64,000 nt of DNA from Octopus sinensis (lineage: Eukaryota), in NCBI RefSeq assembly GCF_006345805.1, contig NC_043010.1:34038001-34102000 (forward strand), written 5' to 3'. The position numbers were made by a program, and so were the translations under genes. How positions within the stretch are numbered: position 1 is the first letter of the stretch; every line of letters begins with the position of its first letter. Below are positions 25,481-38,138 of this stretch, piece by piece. The notes under the pieces were generated by a model, which saw only the letters and a program-made list of their open reading frames with translations, had not been told where the DNA came from and did no database searches.

Positions 25481-28400
25481 TGACTACTAATGAATATGTT
25501 AGTTCACTATTTATTATGTACCTGCGTTAATCTTTTATCTCCTTTTGTTAGACCAAGTGTTATTACATTATTTTCCTAATTTTCTCATATTCTAACCCGA
25601 CACCTCACTGCTTCTGTCCCCTAATATATAGTTAACGACTACATATATTTTTCTCAATCTTTCCCATAACTACCCTTCTATTCATCTCCTTTCTCTTCCC
25701 CATACTGTTCCATAGATCATTACATGTAGCTATTATTATAGTTAGTATTGTATGTATGCATGTGTGTGTACACATACACAAGATAATACAGGGGAACAAT
25801 ACCAACATGGGTAAATAAATTATAATTTGAACAATTACACAAGAATTAAAATTGAAAATGACAAAACTGAAGAACAGCTTCTCACCACACACACACATGC
25901 ACCAGTTTCTTGAGCTTCAAGGAGACATAGGGGCAACATTTAACCCTAGATCATGTTAGGTAGAAAAGACATATTTTCCTGAACATTGATGTGGCATTTA
26001 TAGCGTCACTATTTAATTTACACTACAATTAATTTTTTTTACTATTTAGGTGGGATAAATAAATCCTCAAACAAGAGCTGTGGTCAGAATGCTTGTAACA
26101 AAGCAAGCTATGCTAAAGTCACCCAAGAAGGTCACAGCTGGATTTGAACCAAGAATGCAAAATGCTCAAACAAATATCACAAAGGATCCTGTCTGATGCT
26201 CTAACAATTCTGCCAGTCTACCACCTTAAGCTGGTACTTTATTCATTGAACCCCATCACTCACAAGGATGTTCAATGCTTTAATAAGGTTTTAGCTCAGA
26301 ATGCAAAACATCAAAATAAATACCGAAAGGATGTTCAATGCTTTAATAAGTCTGCCAATTTGCTTACCTTACAAAAATCACTGATGCTCTTAGCCTGATC
26401 AAATACAGCAGCATAAATTAGGTATAGATTATTAAATGCAAGGGATCAACATAAAAACTATAAGCTTGGGACTACATCATATTCACATACTCATGTGATA
26501 TATATATCAAATGAAGTCCATACAATCTAATAATTCTAACTTAAACTCACATTATTTACAAACACACATATGTTCTTTCACTTATAAAATGAAACTTAAA
26601 AGCCAGTAAACCAAATCAAGAAATAAGAGAACAGAATTGGTCCCAGTTATGAAAATTGATTAATTTTAATTTGTTCCTATATGCAAGGTTTTATTTTGAA
26701 GCTGTGTTCCAAAGTGATGAGAGAGAGCCTCTACATGGTTGACTTTCTGGAAACAGAAGCCAAATCTCCCTCTAATCACTCCAAGGATAGTTGTAGCTGA
26801 AAGATGCTAAACAAGTGTGTTGTTCACGACCAGATGAAAGCACAGGCCAATCTCTTTGAGAAAACCTTTTCTACAAATGGTTGACTTTATTTTTGTGGAT
26901 CATCTTTGTTACATTACAACTTTCCTTGTATAAACAAGGTTACTGAGGGATGGTCTTTGGAGTGTTAATTCTATCTACATTTCTCTAACAGAATGCTCTT
27001 CCTTGCATATGTTTCCTCACTGGGTGTGCAAGATAAATGACATTTCTTGCCCACCTAGACATTTTATGTATAAAACCAAATGAGTATCAGACATGTGGTC
27101 AGATAGTCCAGTCATGAAAACAACAGAAAAAATTACACTGAATCATCATGACAATAAATTTATATAAAAACATTAAAACAAACCAAAGAAATCAATGAAA
27201 GCTCATACATAACATAATATTTGTTGAACAATGGTAGTGGAGTTAAGAAAGACACTAGTTATAAAATGCACGTTAGTATTTTCATAACCAACTCATAAAG
27301 TTTGAGGTCAAAATCCAGTCCAGTTTGACTCCATTCACTAAATTGTAGGAAGAGGGGGGGGGAGACACCAAATCTAAGGATTATCAGCTGCAATAATATC
27401 CATAAGAGCACTGGCTCTTATGACAGCCAGTGCTGCATGGCATACATTTACAACCTATATTAAACCAAAACTAGTTTATTTTATACTAAACACCATCCAT
27501 CAAGGAATGTTGACTGGGTTTAGTTGATCAAAGGATGGTTGTAAGCTCAAATTCTGCTAATGTTATTTGGTGGTATTTGTAGGTTAAGTTCTGGCCTCAC
27601 AAAAATGGAAGCCACTCTCATTTTATGCTTAAAGATAATAGGATGTATTACTTGTGATAGTCTGGCAACCCATCCAAGGCCAGAAATGTACCTCTATTTA
27701 GTGCTGTAAAACTCAACCTTAAAAACTAGTCTGCATGAGGATTTTGTGAAATTTGGACACATTTTATCTCATGTCCTCATACAAAGTTGTTAAACCCTGG
27801 GTTAGTACTGATCTAGCAGACCCATGGTTAAAAAAATTGCAATTATGACCAAAGCCTTTTTTTTTTTAAAAATTCAGATAGTGTACCTAGGCCCTTTCAT
27901 TTTAAAAAGCAGTAAAGTGTTATTTGAGAAAGATGTAGCTATATCTAGCTGGTTGGAAAACCACAATGAGAATAAGGATCAACTCGGATAAACTTGTATT
28001 GTAATCATGGAGAGACCTGTATTTCATTCACCTAATTGTGCAGAAACTGAAGTCTAATGAAAGAGTCAAATTTTAAGCACCTTGTTTGAATTTTGAGGCA
28101 TAGTGTGATATGAGAGTTTAAAGGAATGACTAACATATGTTATAATGCATTATTCAAGTGAAAGAAAAATAATATATCTATAACATATTTTGAGTCTATT
28201 TTATAAAAAAAAGTCTACCTGTAATTAATAAATTTTGAGGATCAAATCTTGTCATGAGCTTAGAGAATCTGGTTAAATCTGGCAATATTTTTGTCGTCCT
28301 GTAATATTCTATAAAATACAGATTATTTCCTATCACAATGCTCCTACCAAAAAAAAAGTCACTATTTCTGAGTAACTCATACAAGCCAATGAGAAGGAAG

Positions 28401-28734
28401 CTTCATAGAGGTCTAACTATGAAGAAACAACAGCCAAGAACTCCTTCAAGCTGTACACACTGCAATCTTAGAAAAAGACATTGTCCTGGTTTTCCAGCAC
28501 ATAGTAAAATGACAGATGGTTGCAGCTGGAATGGCTTTGATCATTGCTGACCTGGGACTTGATAACATCAACAACAAATCTTGGTTTAATATTTTATGTA
28601 TAATATCTAACACCATCAAAGTCAATAAGATGCCAGAAAACCTGAAGAGATCAAAAGTTCATATCATACCACGCCCATTGCATAGACCAATTCACTCAGC
28701 AGTAAATAGGTACTGTATCGTTAAGAATGGTTCA

Positions 28735-29010
28735 TCATCATTGTTTAACATTTGTTTTCCATGCTGGCAGGGGTTGGATGGTTTGACTGGGGTCTGAGAA
28801 GCCAGGAGGCTGCACCAGGCTCCAGTCTGATCTGGCAGTGTTTCTACAGCTGGATGCCCTTCCTAATGCCAACCACTCCGAAAGTGTAGTGGGTGCTTTT
28901 CATGTGCCACCGGCACAGGGGCCAGAGGATGCTGGCAATGACCACAATTGGTTGGTGCTTTTTATGTGCTACTGGAACGGAAGCCAGTCAAGGCGGCACT
29001 GGCATTGGCT
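28735..29010 (-). mobile_element. LINE/SINE 3' tail element with (GAT)n end (family D)
   Basis: Reverse complement of GTTGGCATTAGGAAGGGCATCCAGCTGTAGAAAC...CCCATGCCAGCATGGAAAAC...AAACGATGATGAT. Plus-strand copies lie at 8447-8612 and 58255-58465. Confidence 0.75.
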
Positions 29011-29729
29011 ACGGGGATCATAACTACAATTTCATATACATCTCAACATTATGAGACAAAATGTTCAGTGGAATTTCTAAAATAACCTGTACTACCCGCT
29101 TCTAATTTAACCCTTTAACATTCAAACAGACCAAATCTGGCCTCACACTTACCCTACAATGTCATTCTAAAAAAACAATCATATTAAAATCTCATAGTTA
29201 CAAGATTTGCTCTTGTGTTCCGGTGTATTGTCTTTCTACATTGAGTTCAAATTTTACTAGAATCAACTTTCACCTTCAGCCCACTAATTCTATTAATTAT
29301 TCGCTTTTACAAACATGTGGTTTTGTACCAGCAGAAGAAATCTTTTGTTATTAAAGAATTATTGGAATGCAGAACTAAATACATTCTAGTGTTTATAGCT
29401 ATATCCCTTTAAGAGTAGAATTAAAATCTTGCCAGTATCAATTTTGTCTTTCATCTCCTTGGGGTCAATATAATAAGGTACCAGTCAAGTACTGGGATTA
29501 ATGGTATTGACTAATGCCACTCCTTCAACATTGCTGGCCTGGTGCTTAAATCAGATACCATTATTATCATTTGATATTTATTTCACTAAAGTGCTTTAGA
29601 CAGAAACATGCTGCAATTTGTCTACAATAAATAAGCTCTTGGAATTTAATTACATGCAGGGTCCAACAGGAGAACCTGGTGACTTTTAAATGAATACAAT
29701 GTTGGCATGCCTTCTTTTTTTTTGTGCAC

Positions 29730-30620
29730 AAATAGTCTAACATAGAAGTTCTACATTGCATGTTGCACCATGTCTTGAGATATTGTTGTTATTTCCTGGC
29801 AAATAATAGCTCAGTTTGTGTAGCCTATAGTTTATTAATAAACATTTTCCTTTTGCAGTAGTCTCAAAGAAAACAATCACACGCCAAAATGTCAAGTGAC
29901 CAGTAATCATTTCTTTAATAACATCCATAGATGCTTTTACTGTATGGGTGGTCACTTTGTTTCATTAAAAATAGGGGTCATGTACTAATGCAATGTCTGT
30001 TCAATTCTGGGACTGGGAAGTTGCACAACATCGATATATAGCAATTAGAATACATTGTTACTCTATGTCTTCTCTCTTCAAAGAAATATAGGCCTAGTAC
30101 ATTACAAAATTTGCTACACAGTTTCACACAGTTATGCATGCACAGTGAAGAGGATGGTAATGAAGCATCATGTGACTTGCTGTTTGACCAATAGTAGAAG
30201 TTTTTACTTATGTGACTGGTGAGATGGAAATGTACTCTTGAGAAGAACCATGTAATCTGTCTACAACAACAACAACAGATTTTCTGGTTTCTCTAATCTC
30301 ATCTGATTTATTTCTTGTACAATCATAATCTTACAAGGATGAAAATTTAAATTCAAGTCTGGATACTAGTGCAATGTCATATTTCCATGTAAAATGACTA
30401 GGACTATTCACTACACTCCATTCAGTGACTCAAATATTCTTCAGTGTTTAGACAGTTTGAACATGTCAATGCTGAACAAGACAATCTGAAGTTTTCCACT
30501 CACAGCAATATTGTATTCCAGCTTAGTGCTCTTCCAGGATAGCTCATGTTAATATGCAAATGCAAAATTATATTGTATTTTACTAACCAAGAGACCACTT
30601 AAAAAAATAACAAAAAAACA
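29730..30620 (-). pseudogene. Decayed Tc1/mariner transposase (rosa/DD41D-like or related ITm family)
   Basis: Frameshifted translation gives NTILL*VENFRL, FHPCKIMIVQE, HFHLTSHISKNFYYWSN, HPLH..ITV*, VLGLYFFEE, HTVKASMDVIKEM and ACDCFL*DYCK..FINK, in the order expected for this transposase family. Confidence 0.8.
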
Positions 30621-33600
30621 TCTTGATCACAAGATGTCACCATGTATGCTACTCAGTACAACCGAGTGTACAATTCCTCCATTCCTGTCTGTTTAAAAAC
30701 TATCAGTTTTTCCTTAAGACCTCCAGCAAAGTTCAGAATTTTATTTCTTTTCTACTGTTTTTCTATCTTTACTCCTGGCATTAGAATACCCCATATACAA
30801 TAAGATTTACAGTATATATGGTTTAAATAAAGAGGGTAACATGGTAGGTATCTGATCAACAGACAAAAACCAACAAAGGGTATATAATACTTCATTTTAT
30901 ATTTTTTGACTAGTCTTATTGTATCAACTCCACCAGAGTATTACAAAGGGAAGAAAGGTCAAATTAACCATGGTGGATTTGAACTCTGAACAATGGAACT
31001 AAATAGTGTCATGGATTTAGTCCAATACTGGACTGCATAACAATAGCAATTTGTTTTGACTAGAAACAAGCCACTTGTTTTACATTTCTGTAGATTACTG
31101 GTGCACAATTTATCAATGAAGCCCCAGGGGATGAAGAGCAACATTGTATTGCAGTGGTAATTGAACAAGGAATGTTGAAATTTGAAACTAAATACTGCAA
31201 AATACTTCAGCAGATATGCTACAGAACCTGACAACTATCCACCAAGTGATAAGTGTTTCTAATACAGGTGCAAGGCAGAAACAAACTATTATATCAACCC
31301 GAGTACTTGACTGGCACAAGGGTTGATGAAAAGCAAAGTTGATCTGGAGGGATTTGAAGCCAGAAAATAAGAAGTCAAATCAAAAACTGCAAGGCTACAT
31401 TTCTTCAACTGTCTTTGGGAATGATTTATTCAAAGGATTGCCTTGACTGGGTGAAGTATCACTTGCTCACAAAAGTCTAAGCAACTGTTTGTCCACAGAA
31501 GACACCTGAAGAAACAATCAGCAAAAACACAGTAAACAGAGGGTTCTTCAATATGTGATGAGAATGCCTTATAAGGAAGATGCTGTGCACCAGTTACTGA
31601 ACTCCAAGACAGATCAGAAACTACATCTCATTCACAAATTCTGTATTTGGCAAGGTGTGCACAAACGATGTGTATAACTCCCAAGATTCATTGAAGTGGG
31701 GTTGAACCTGAGTTCATGGCAATGTTACATTCACTATTTGCTTTTTAACATTTGATAGACAATTATATAAACATAACACATAATTACAAACCATATAAAG
31801 GAATTAGAAACTATTTAAAGTTTCAATGCTGAACAGCTACAGAAGGGAATTGAATTAACAAACCATTTGTCAATTTTATAGTACAGCTGTGTTTTAGCCC
31901 TAATTTGGTTCTACCTATTTAGTTAAGTTGATCAAGCTATTTATCAGTGAAATGTGTTGGCTACTGAAGTAACACAATGCTGGTGACAAGATATGAACCA
32001 CCAACCTCTTGGTTGTCAGGTTCCAGTCGCATTCAATACATATAAATAATTTTTGGTGGGTAGGAATCAATCCTGAGTAAAAACTTTCTTCCAATCACAT
32101 CATGTCACTCACATTCAACATTACACTCAGCTACACATACAATATGCTCTGTTAAGCAAATCTGAAACGCACAACTGAAAATATACTTGAATACTATGAG
32201 TAAGATGGTAAGTTTCCAGTAACAGTGGCACAGGTTTTATTCCTTGTTGTCTATTTCACTGACTTTGGTAAAATTGTGGTGGTGGTGGAATTCCACCATC
32301 CTGTGAAGGCAACAGAGCCAAATGGGTGTTGACAGATGGTTGTATGATGACAAAAGGTTGACATCAGTGCAAGGGACAAAATATCTATTATCGGGTAACA
32401 TAAGAATCCCAGTACTAATTCTAGTCTAGTCTAGTGAAAATGAAAAAGGAAACCAAACCACAAATCCCTAATTTGAAAATTGAAAGTTGATACCCTATTC
32501 AATTAAAAACTCTGAAATACTAAGCATTTAAAATTACAAACAACTTAATAAATTGACTTATAATTTTAATTAAAACAGGCATGGTTGAAGTTGGTAAATA
32601 AGTTTTCCTGTCATTAACCTCGGGGCCAACACTCAAATCAGATTTCTGTGGCAGTAAATGAACAAAACATCCCCCTCCTCGAAAACAGGATGCTAGTCTA
32701 TCATCACTGAACTTTTGGGGAAATTTTTGGTATCTATTCACACAAAAATAATAAGCATGTGAAGTACCTTGCATAAAAATACATATCTAATTACTTAAAT
32801 ATAAGAAACGTGATTTCAACCTTGCTGGGTTTCCTTCTGCTTCAGTTGTCATATTCCCTATGATCTCAGTAAGAAGAGATACACTCTATAGTGCATTAAA
32901 TATACGACAGATGCCACCTATACATCTGTCCACTTTGAAGACATTTTTGACAGTGTCCTGTGAGCCTATGTTACACAAAAGCACAGTGAGTAAGGTCCCC
33001 AATCTTGCTCTCTATGGAAAGAAAATACAAATGTTTATGGAGTATGATTTAAAAAGACAACATGGCTCTGATATCAATATCAGCACACAGCCACATGGTT
33101 AAAATGTTGACCACAAAATCATATGGCTCTGTGTCTGATTCCATTACACTGCATCTTGGTCAAATACTTTATGCTGGTTGATCACCAATTCAAAAGTAAT
33201 GGAAAAGTTGGGACAGAATCTGTGCAAAAACCTGTAGCTCTATGGTTAAGAAACTTGCTTCCCAACCATGTAGTCCCAGCTTTGGTTTGATGGCATGGCA
33301 TCTTAAGCAAGTGTCTTCTGCTACAGCCCTGGGCCGACCAAAGCTTTGTGAGTGGATTTGATAGAGGAAAACTGAAAGAAGTCCAATGTGTGCGTGTGTG
33401 TTTGTGTATACCTTTGTCTGGATATCATGCCATGATTGTAAACAAGCATCACTATCATACAGGCGATGTTGTTTGTTTCCAGTTATCCATGAAAAACATG
33501 TTTGGCCATGAGGAAATATTACCTTGCTGGGAAACTGCTATGGGTTGGCAATTGGAATGGCACCCAACTATAGAGATACTACCTCAACGAATTCCATCTG

Positions 33601-36344
33601 ACCTATGCAAAAAGTTGAGGTCAAATGTTGATTATGATGATATAAATGCAGATCAACTGGTGCTGAGATAATGGCACCACTTCATGTCCCATGCATTTCT
33701 TAACTCAAGAAAATAAGTGCCAGACCTGAGGTAAATACTGACCACTTTGAATGAATAAGAGTCTTGAACACAGACAGCTGCAGAGAAGATGTATCAGATT
33801 GTTCAAGTAATATTCATGTCACAGATGTGGCAACATATTTCCAAAAGTTACCACAAACATAGGTTTTGTTTGTTTTGCATGTGTGTGCATTATATTGTTG
33901 ACTGAGAAAATGTAGTTGTTCAGGAGAAAGGACTTGAGAGGAAATTGACTTTTTGGCAACAAGAAGAATGCTCCACAAACACAGGCAGATACAGAGTAAC
34001 CACTGCAAAATCTATTTGGTTTTCCTACTTTCTTTGCTGAATTTGATCATGTGACTGGGGCACCACCTTAACAGAAGTAAACCATACAAAGAGAATTTTA
34101 TTAAGGTTTGCATGTGTGAGTGCCATGCATAGGTCAATGGAAGACTAGCTCTACTTAACTACCACAATTCCACATCAAATTAGATGAATTAAGTCTTATT
34201 ATTTCCAGAAAATTTACATGTAGTTTCATAGACAAAAAGGGATTTTGATATAAAGACAAGTGATAAACTTTGGCTACATGACTGACATTAAGTAGATGAG
34301 ATACCCACAGCACCATGGCATAGTTATATGTACTGATATGTAAAGTATAACCCCCAAAACACAACAAAATGCACATAATGAACTTGAACTGAAGATCTAT
34401 GTGCTGATACTCCAATACTTCATCCACTCAATTGTTTTACTGCTACACAATAAATTTTAATCCTGCAAATTTAGTATAAAAAAAAGAAGAAAATTCTGTA
34501 CTAACTGACAACACTTAGTTTCCTATGCAGTCCACTCCACTCCAAATGCTGATTTGGAAGAAATACGCAAAAAGTTGTTTATAATGAATGGCTTTAAGAT
34601 AGTATTACAATGCTGGTATTGCTAACGGGTTGTCAACAAGAGTTACATGTGGGAGTATTACAGAATAGCTAAGATCTAGCCTAATGATAAAAGATGTGTT
34701 GTCTGGTTTGGCTTGTAGGTTCAACTGATAAGTCTACTCTGATTACTCTTTAAATATCCCACAGTAACCCCTCTACCAATTTACAGAATCATTTATAAAA
34801 TATTTTACATCTGTTTTCCATGTGCTAATATGGATTGTATTTTTCTGTAAATACAAAAGCTTGCAAGAATGATTGAAGTTAGTACTCAAATCTGAATTTT
34901 CTCCCTAACACTTTTCAAAAAAAAAAAAAAAAAAAAAAAAGCACTGGTACCTATACTTTTGCTTGGTAGGGCTAAAGTACTTATCTCAGCTTACTAATAG
35001 CTGGAGAATGAGTAGCTATACTCCCAACTATTCTTTAAGTCAACCACTTCCTATATGTTACGAATGGAAGTTGCCGTCTTGTCTATTCAACTATCATACA
35101 ATAACTTGGTATTGTTGACTAATGGAATAATAGTTATATATAAGAATATCTATGACTGTTTAACTGTACCTTTGAACACAATTTCAAATTTGAATCTTAG
35201 TTCATAACTTGAGATAAGCAAAAGGAAGAAGACTTGTCCAGTACCTTGAGCAGTAAACAAAATTTAACTGGAGATTTCTAAATTTTAACAAGTGTTTGAT
35301 GTTTAACCAAGTTTATCAGTGAAGACATTAATAATTAATTCAAATAACTGCCCAATTCTTGCTTTTACAGATATTATCAGCACAACTGTGATAAGATGGA
35401 AACTAAATATACCTTCCAGTTCTTATAGAATCGATGGTAGTAGTGGGGACCACATGAAATCTTTTAAGACTTCTGTCTCAGAAAAAGCATCAACAATATC
35501 TCAATCTGCTGCCTAAAGCAAATGAGAAAGAGGCAGATTAATAACAAGTTTGTGGTCAGGTGTTTTATCCATATCCATCACCTATGGTAGAATCAACTGC
35601 AAAGGAATTTAGCAATGTGGCAAAGGTTCTAGATCAATCTATAGCCAATGTACATAACTTATTTATGAATAATCTCTCAAAGTTAATTTATATGTTTAGA
35701 GGAAGAAAAACCCAATTTTTGTTTGCAAGTAAGGAACAACTCTGGTGGGTGGATATGTTTCAGTCTATAAGCCCTTGTTAGAGTGGACTAGTCAACCACA
35801 GCCTGTTTGATCAGCTGACGAAGACTTTTACATATAGAAAAAGAATTTTGAATAAGCTTTTGCCAATATAATCAAAAAACAAAATGTTCTAAGGTATATA
35901 GCTTCAGTGTGCCACTAGTATAAATTTGGATTCATAGTAAGTTATGGAAAGTTAAGATAATGCTCAATGTCATATCTTATCTTTTACTTGTTTTAGTCAA
36001 TAGACTGCAGCCATGCTGGGGCACCATCTTGAAGAATTCTAGCCAAACATTCTTTACTGAAATTTTCCTCTAAGATGGCAGAAAGTAAAAGACAGCAGCA
36101 ATTAGTTGTTAGTGGCTCCCAAAGAAGGAGATGTACTGGAGTGGATTTCTAGTGGTTGAATGTTTTGACCATAAATACTGTATATGGGTGACAACATACT
36201 AACTACCAACATGTTTAGTATCCTATCCTCCTTGCCATTTAAACAACCACTTTTTTGGGAGGTTCAAACCCAACCAAAACATTATACACTCAATCGAGAA
36301 CATATCCATAATGTCTCAGTATAACTGCATTACAACATCAACAA

Positions 36345-36555
36345 TAATCCTTTCTATCATAGGCACAAGGCCTGAAACTTGGAAAGGGGACGGGACGGGG
36401 CGCAGTTGATTACATCGATCCCAGTGTTTCACTAGTACTTAATTTATTGACCTCGAAAGGATGAAAGGCAAAGTTGATCTCAGAACATGCAGATGGATGA
36501 AATACTGCCAAGCATTTGCTCAGCGTGCTAACAATTCTGCCAGTTCGTCACCATC
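36345..36555 (-). mobile_element. SINE family B copy
   Basis: CCTTTCTATCATAGGCACAAGGCC...GCTAACAATTCTGCCAG. Confidence 0.8.
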
Positions 36556-37720
36556 ATATAATAACACACACACACACATATATATATATTGTTTGTTGGA
36601 CTGGTGCCAATTTCAAGAACAGAAATCACAATAAAATATTTTAAAAGTGGTGCTTCAGCATGGTTACAACCTTTGGCTGAAACCCATAGAAGTAGAGCTA
36701 TCCTTTGTGTCGTAACACATTTTAATCAGTTCAAACTCTGAAATGCCTTCTTACATGTTTTTCTCTAGACTGGCTTTCAGCCTTATAACTTTTATTTCTG
36801 ATAGTCTCAATATTCTCAAAAACTAGGCATGTAATCAGAATAATTCAGAAAATTTAAATTACAACTAGAATAAATTCAGGATTCTTAAACAGAATTAACA
36901 TAACTGAGTTATATATCAAATTGAAGTTTGAGGTTTAATGTTTCTTTTGGGAAACAAATGAGTTTAAAAAAAGTAATGCCCACTCTACCTCCCAACCCCA
37001 GCAGTTACCTGGTATGAAAGAAAAAAAAATCAGTTCAACTATTGTCTTCCAAAGATAACCAAAGTGAAGTTTAGCCTATAAATCCCTCAGTATGCAGCTT
37101 TGGCCACACACACATGTAGTTTTATGATGGCCACCAGGTACAGATGAATCAATGTGGGAGATTTTATGTGGTCACTCAAACTATTAGATGCTGTCTTGAA
37201 ATGAGAGGGAGACACAAAGTAGTGCTAGATAAACAACGACTGAGAAAAGAATAAGACGATCAAGGCTGGAGCATCTCTGATTGTAGGTTTGCTCAGCCAG
37301 AGTTGACTCAGGGGTTAATGATAGAATACCAATTCAAAAAATGTTTGAATTCACAAAGCTGAAGTACTTCATATGGTTAGTTTTCGAATATGAATACCAC
37401 ATTATACTGATTAAACTATAGCTGGTGATGTTGCAAGAAAAGACTTGTGGATCACATAAAAAGAATTAGTTCAAATTTTGACAAATGTGCTCAATATTTT
37501 CACAGCCACCAAATGGTGATATAAACCAATAGACAACTTCTAATGCATCGACAATTAGCAACTGTATCTCTCTACATTCTCCACAAGCTTACCACTGCCT
37601 TTTAAAGTGGGGACTATACTGGTCAGCTAGAGAGGTTGTAAGTAATTACTCAATCTGCTCTAGAGAGGAACCAAAACTTCTTAATCTTAAAATGTCAACT
37701 AGACATTTCTACATTCTTAA

Positions 37721-37900
37721 CCCTTTAGCATTGAAACCGGCCATATCTGGCCAAAATATTCTGTTTCATGTTTAAGCTGGCCCTCACACATACCTTACAA
37801 TATCATTCTAAAAGTTAACAGTTACCTCTTAAAAATCTGAAAGCCGCAAGATAATGCATGAATAATCCAAAACAATGTGAATAAATAAATATTACATTTG
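37721..37900. mobile_element. Truncated piggyBac-type MITE
   Basis: TTAA|CCCTTTAGCATTGAAACCGGCCATATCTGG is the reverse complement of the right end of the 57465-58035 element. It ends in a microsatellite. Confidence 0.7.
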
Positions 37901-37930
37901 CTCTGTGTGTGTGTGTATGTATGTATGTAT

Positions 37931-37970
<40 letters not shown>

Positions 37971-38084
37971 GTGTGACCGCGTGTGTACCGTTGGCGATTT
38001 TTTTCCTCTGTCTTCCTTCTTTCCTGAGCGTCCAATAATACTATATTTGTTCCACGTCCTCGTGTTGTGTTTTCTTGTTTGGAT

Positions 38085-38138
<54 letters not shown>

